Origin: Erysipelotrichaceae bacterium OH741_COT-311
Lineage (GTDB): Bacteria > Bacillota_I > Bacilli_A > Erysipelotrichales > Erysipelotrichaceae
Reading direction: 5' to 3'
Assembly: GCA_003858585.1 (NCBI GenBank)
Contig: RQZE01000007.1
Coordinates: forward strand, 120,001-152,000
Length of the DNA stretch: 32,000 nt
The notes beneath the pieces are model-generated. The model was not told the origin of the DNA. It saw nothing but the letters and a program-made list of their open reading frames with translations, and did not search any database. The translations under genes were made by a program, and so were the position numbers. Positions 28,890-32,000 of this stretch are shown in pieces. Each line of letters starts with the position of its first letter. Position 1 is the stretch's first letter.

Positions 28890-29985
28890 ACTTGATACCT
28901 TCTAAACTTTCTTTTAACACACGAATAATTGTATCCGCACCTGCTCGATTTGGATTGATACGAATTGCACGCTTAGCTAATAATGGATTTCCGGATGCAA
29001 ACGTTGCAGATATTTTATAAAACAACGGACACATTTCATACTTCGATTCGGCACCCACCGGATAAGGAAGTGCTCCTAAGGTTTGGGCATAGTTTAAAAT
29101 ATCTTGTGCAATATCTTCGTAAAACTCGACCAATAAAATTTTTGATTGTCCATTTACGATATAAGCACCTTTGACTTCCGGAAGCTCTTTTTGAATCTGT
29201 AAACGTCGATGACATTCTTCAATCGTCTGTCCTTGAATGGCTAATGAGACCGGTGCATACACCAAACCACGCAATACTTCTAATGCTTCCCAACCCTGAC
29301 ACTGCAAGCCACCTGAATACATCTGTTTAGCTAATGCATCAATATATGCAGCTTTGCCAACAATACAACCGATGCCCTCAGGTCCTAATAATTTAAACGT
29401 TGAAAAACAAGATAAATCAGCTTTAAGTTCAACTCCAATGCCCTTTACCTTCATCACCGCATAATTATCATCCGTAATAATCGCTACGTTTGATTGCCTT
29501 CTTATCACATCAATTACTTCTTGCATAGAATAAGAATCTTCGACGTTTTGTCTTGTGTATTGTATTAATACCCCCTTAATTTCCGGATGTTTTTCTAAGG
29601 TTTGTTTCACTTCTTCAAGATTATTATAATCGGCTTTTACCACACGCAATCCAAGCATAGAAATAGATGTTTGGGTCGTTGGATAAATCGGTGCCTTATG
29701 TACTAAAAGGGTATCATTGCAAGATAAACATGCATGCAAAGCATAACGAATGGCATTGGTTCCACTTCCTCGAACAAGCAACGCTTTTTCAGCATTGAAA
29801 AACTCTGCAATTACCTTTTCAACCTTTTGAGTTGTTTCAGGCTTATTTAATCCCTTTACAACTCCTAAATCTCCACATGCTAGGATTTGACTTCCAGTAA
29901 AGTGATGCATAATACAGTCAATGAAACGAAATTGATAGCTCATCGCTGTTTCTAATGAAATACTTTCTAATGGAACTGTTTTCAT
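28876..29985 (-). CDS. YhfS-like fold-type-I PLP-dependent enzyme (aminotransferase/lyase-like)
   Basis: Start placed at ATG 29985 (MKTVPLESISLE...) behind AAAGGATGA; the track's longer ORF would overlap the upstream gene. Candidate PLP-Lys in CFSTFKLLGPEG. Confidence 0.65.
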   Translation of the reverse strand: MKTVPLESISLETAMSYQFRFIDCIMHHFTGSQILACGDLGVVKGLNKPETTQKVEKVIAEFFNAEKALLVRGSGTNAIRYALHACLSCNDTLLVHKAPIYPTTQTSISMLGLRVVKADYNNLEEVKQTLEKHPEIKGVLIQYTRQNVEDSYSMQEVIDVIRRQSNVAIITDDNYAVMKVKGIGVELKADLSCFSTFKLLGPEGIGCIVGKAAYIDALAKQMYSGGLQCQGWEALEVLRGLVYAPVSLAIQGQTIEECHRRLQIQKELPEVKGAYIVNGQSKILLVEFYEDIAQDILNYAQTLGALPYPVGAESKYEMCPLFYKISATFASGNPLLAKRAIRINPNRAGADTIIRVLKESLEGIKYVSK

Positions 29986-29992
29986 CTTACAT

Positions 29993-30979
29993 TCATCCTT
30001 TCTTAAACCCACCTTCAAAATAGGCAGAGAGATTATCAAAATAACAAGAAACCAATGGATCGGCTTCTTCCACTAAGGAAGGGACATACCTAAGCATGGT
30101 TGCAATCTTACTCATTTTACTTTCACATATCAACAACCATCCAGTAGCCAAGTCCTTCCTAGGTATCACGATGGCAGTTGCATTTGCCATATTTACCACT
30201 CTAAGATAACCTTTATTGGCTCTTTTTTGTATCGCTTTGGTAGTTTCATTAAAATGACCAAAAATACTATCACCAAAGCCATATACATCAATAGGACCTT
30301 CTTTTACAATAAGAAATGTACAATTCACTAATAGATCTTTAAGAAAAGGCAATAAAGTCTCTCTAGGTGATAGGGAATCTAATAAAGAGATAGACGTTGT
30401 TGGAAAGGGAAAGGAATATGCTTCATTTGTATCCTTAAAAATAACAACATCATGTTCAAGCTCTTTATTCATAAGAAAAATCTCAATGGTTTTCATTAAC
30501 AACGAATAATCCTTACACATAAAACCAAGGGATGGATAAAAAAGAATGCCATCTGTAGATTGCTTTTGAAATCTTTGAACATGATTTGTCATAAGTAAAG
30601 GTGATATAAATCCAAATAAATGAAGGCTTATGGCTGGAGCTAATACACTTCCACCTCCATCGGTTGCAATGGCAATATCATTGATGTTTAAAAAAACATT
30701 AATGGCACTTCCACTGCTACTGCCACTCATATAACGACCTGTAATTGGATTGATTAGCTGCAAATCAATAGCGCGACCATGAAAACTACATGTATCAATG
30801 GTATGCAAGGTATAATTTCTCGCTTCTAAAATCGTTATCATTTCAAAGGGAATCACTTCTGTATTTTTAACTCCAACCAAAATACTTCCCTCTTCAACAG
30901 TATCTTTACATAGTTTATAAACAGAGTGATATGGATTTAATATTGCAAGTTTATGTTTTAAAGCATTGGTATTACGCAT
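29993..30979 (-). CDS. Short amidase-signature-like protein
   Basis: GSSSGSAINV...IATDGGGSVLAPA parallels the GGSSGGSAA...GSDTGGSIRxPA motif seen in gatA in this window. A possible catalytic Lys lies in VGVKN. I prefer ATG 30979 (an ATGCGTAA overlap with the php stop) over the track's TTG at 31006, but the start is uncertain. Confidence 0.6.
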   Translation of the reverse strand: MRNTNALKHKLAILNPYHSVYKLCKDTVEEGSILVGVKNTEVIPFEMITILEARNYTLHTIDTCSFHGRAIDLQLINPITGRYMSGSSSGSAINVFLNINDIAIATDGGGSVLAPAISLHLFGFISPLLMTNHVQRFQKQSTDGILFYPSLGFMCKDYSLLMKTIEIFLMNKELEHDVVIFKDTNEAYSFPFPTTSISLLDSLSPRETLLPFLKDLLVNCTFLIVKEGPIDVYGFGDSIFGHFNETTKAIQKRANKGYLRVVNMANATAIVIPRKDLATGWLLICESKMSKIATMLRYVPSLVEEADPLVSCYFDNLSAYFEGGFKKG

Positions 30980-31847
30980 TGAATAAACGCTTTGGATTTT
31001 CTTCAAGAATTTTTTTCAGTGATTCTTCTTTAAATCCTGCCTTCTTTAACATCGGAATAAAGACTTCAAAAAGATAAGCATACCCAATCCCACCTGCATC
31101 TTTTAAATTTGATTTACGAGTAATATCCAAAGAAACTACAACATGATCTACCATGTTACAACGCTCTAGTTCCATTAACATTGCAACACGTTGTTCATCC
31201 GGTAAGTAATTATTTTTTCCAATGGTATCAAATCCTACACATACACCTGTCTTAATAATTTCTTTAATGGTATCAATATCACCACTTAAATCCATGTGAC
31301 CGATGACAATTTTATGTTTATCTACACCTTGTTGGATTAAATATTGTGCTTGTTTTAAACCTAAAGTACCTAATGTAGTATGTGTAGTAATGAGTTTCCC
31401 TGTCTTTTTATGTGCCATAATAGCCGCATCAAATAATTTACGCTCCTGATGACTCCATTCATTTAAACTCGTACCAATTTCACCAATGACTTGTGCTTTT
31501 ACATCAGTATGTTCAATGCCTTCTTCTATTTCTTGAATCATTATCTTCGCCAATTCTTCTGTAGATGTCTTTAAAATAACATCCGGAATGAATGGTTCTT
31601 TATAGCAACCTGTAGAAATTAAAATATTCATATCGGTTTCTTTCGCTACTTGCTGGATAACCTCTAAGTTTCTACCCATACCTATATTTGTTACTTCTAT
31701 TATATTTCTTACACCGTAACGATACAATTCTTTTAACTCATTTATTACTTGTTGAACATTATTGTAATTACAATCATCATTCTTCTTTACTGTCGATAAA
31801 TCCAAATAAAGATGCTCATGCATTAGCGTATATCCATCTTTTAACAT
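30972..31847 (-). CDS. php: Phosphotriesterase-homology protein (amidohydrolase superfamily, PTE family)
   Basis: 291 aa. N-terminal GYTLMHEHLYLDL (HxH metal ligands). Later TTHT, VIGHMD and VSLD motifs are consistent with a binuclear-metal TIM barrel. RBS AGGAGAAG. Confidence 0.85.
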   Translation of the reverse strand: MLKDGYTLMHEHLYLDLSTVKKNDDCNYNNVQQVINELKELYRYGVRNIIEVTNIGMGRNLEVIQQVAKETDMNILISTGCYKEPFIPDVILKTSTEELAKIMIQEIEEGIEHTDVKAQVIGEIGTSLNEWSHQERKLFDAAIMAHKKTGKLITTHTTLGTLGLKQAQYLIQQGVDKHKIVIGHMDLSGDIDTIKEIIKTGVCVGFDTIGKNNYLPDEQRVAMLMELERCNMVDHVVVSLDITRKSNLKDAGGIGYAYLFEVFIPMLKKAGFKEESLKKILEENPKRLFNA

Positions 31848-31858
31848 ATTCTTCTCCT

Positions 31859-31891
31859 AAAAAAGAGCTAGCGAGTAATTCGCTTCGCTCT
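31859..31891 (-). terminator. Terminator-like hairpin inside the yhf-like operon (between the transporter gene and php)
   Basis: The minus strand reads AGAGC-GAA-GCGA-AUUAC-UCGC-UA-GCUCU followed by UUUUU, then the php RBS. Confidence 0.5.
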
Positions 31892-32000
31892 TTATCCTTT
31901 CGCAACAATTGAAACTAAATTTAACACAATCAATAAATTAATGAGCAATCCATAGACAATACATGCCACCGGACCTACTGCTAACTCTACTAACGGTTTC
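31892..32000 (-). CDS. C-terminal fragment of an integral membrane protein, possibly a YhfT-like transporter (5' part outside the window)
   Basis: My translation of the minus strand gives ...KPLVELAVGPVACIVYGLLINLLIVLNLVSIVAKG*. It is hydrophobic. The YhfT-like label rests on position only. Confidence 0.45.
   Translation of the reverse strand, partial: KPLVELAVGPVACIVYGLLINLLIVLNLVSIVAKG

Overview
AT-rich, low-GC Bacillota-type chromosomal segment. Supporting signs are the ligA-camS-gatCAB order, an S-box and a T-box leader, CCA-encoded tRNAs, GGAGG-type RBSs, and the standard genetic code. An Erysipelotrichales-like origin is only a guess. I call 30 CDSs (27 on the minus strand) and 9 tRNA genes. 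I see no rRNA, CRISPR array, transposase or integrase. Content from left to right: gatB(partial)-gatA-gatC, camS-like lipoprotein, ligA; an SDR (+); an AraC regulator with two DNA-binding domains; an arginine deiminase operon arcA-arcB-arcC plus a YfcC-type antiporter; argS; two minus-strand tRNA transcription units (Cys-Leu and Arg-Pro-Met-Ile2-Ser-fMet-Phe); an XRE/cupin regulator with potABCD; trxA; nagB plus an aldose-epimerase-like gene; a membrane-anchored hypothetical (+); metK behind an S-box riboswitch; mscL; a hypothetical (+); and a tightly coupled operon resembling the uncharacterised E. coli php/yhfSTWX cluster. Most notable: (1) a canonical T-box leader with its own promoter and terminator lies upstream of argS. 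What follows it directly is a complete tRNA-Arg(ACG) gene (an exact copy of the one heading the neighbouring tRNA operon), then a second terminator-like hairpin, and only then argS. The specifier register and the UGGU bulge do not fit that tRNA-Arg cleanly. (2) The php/yhf-like operon carries an extra truncated amidase-signature gene. (3) PotA has a ~170-aa tandem-repeat insertion in its C-terminal regulatory domain. (4) The metK S-box appears to lack P4. (5) An 11-mer is shared between the arcA and AraC-regulator control regions. All calls come from reading the sequence and ORF translations by eye; no searches were run.
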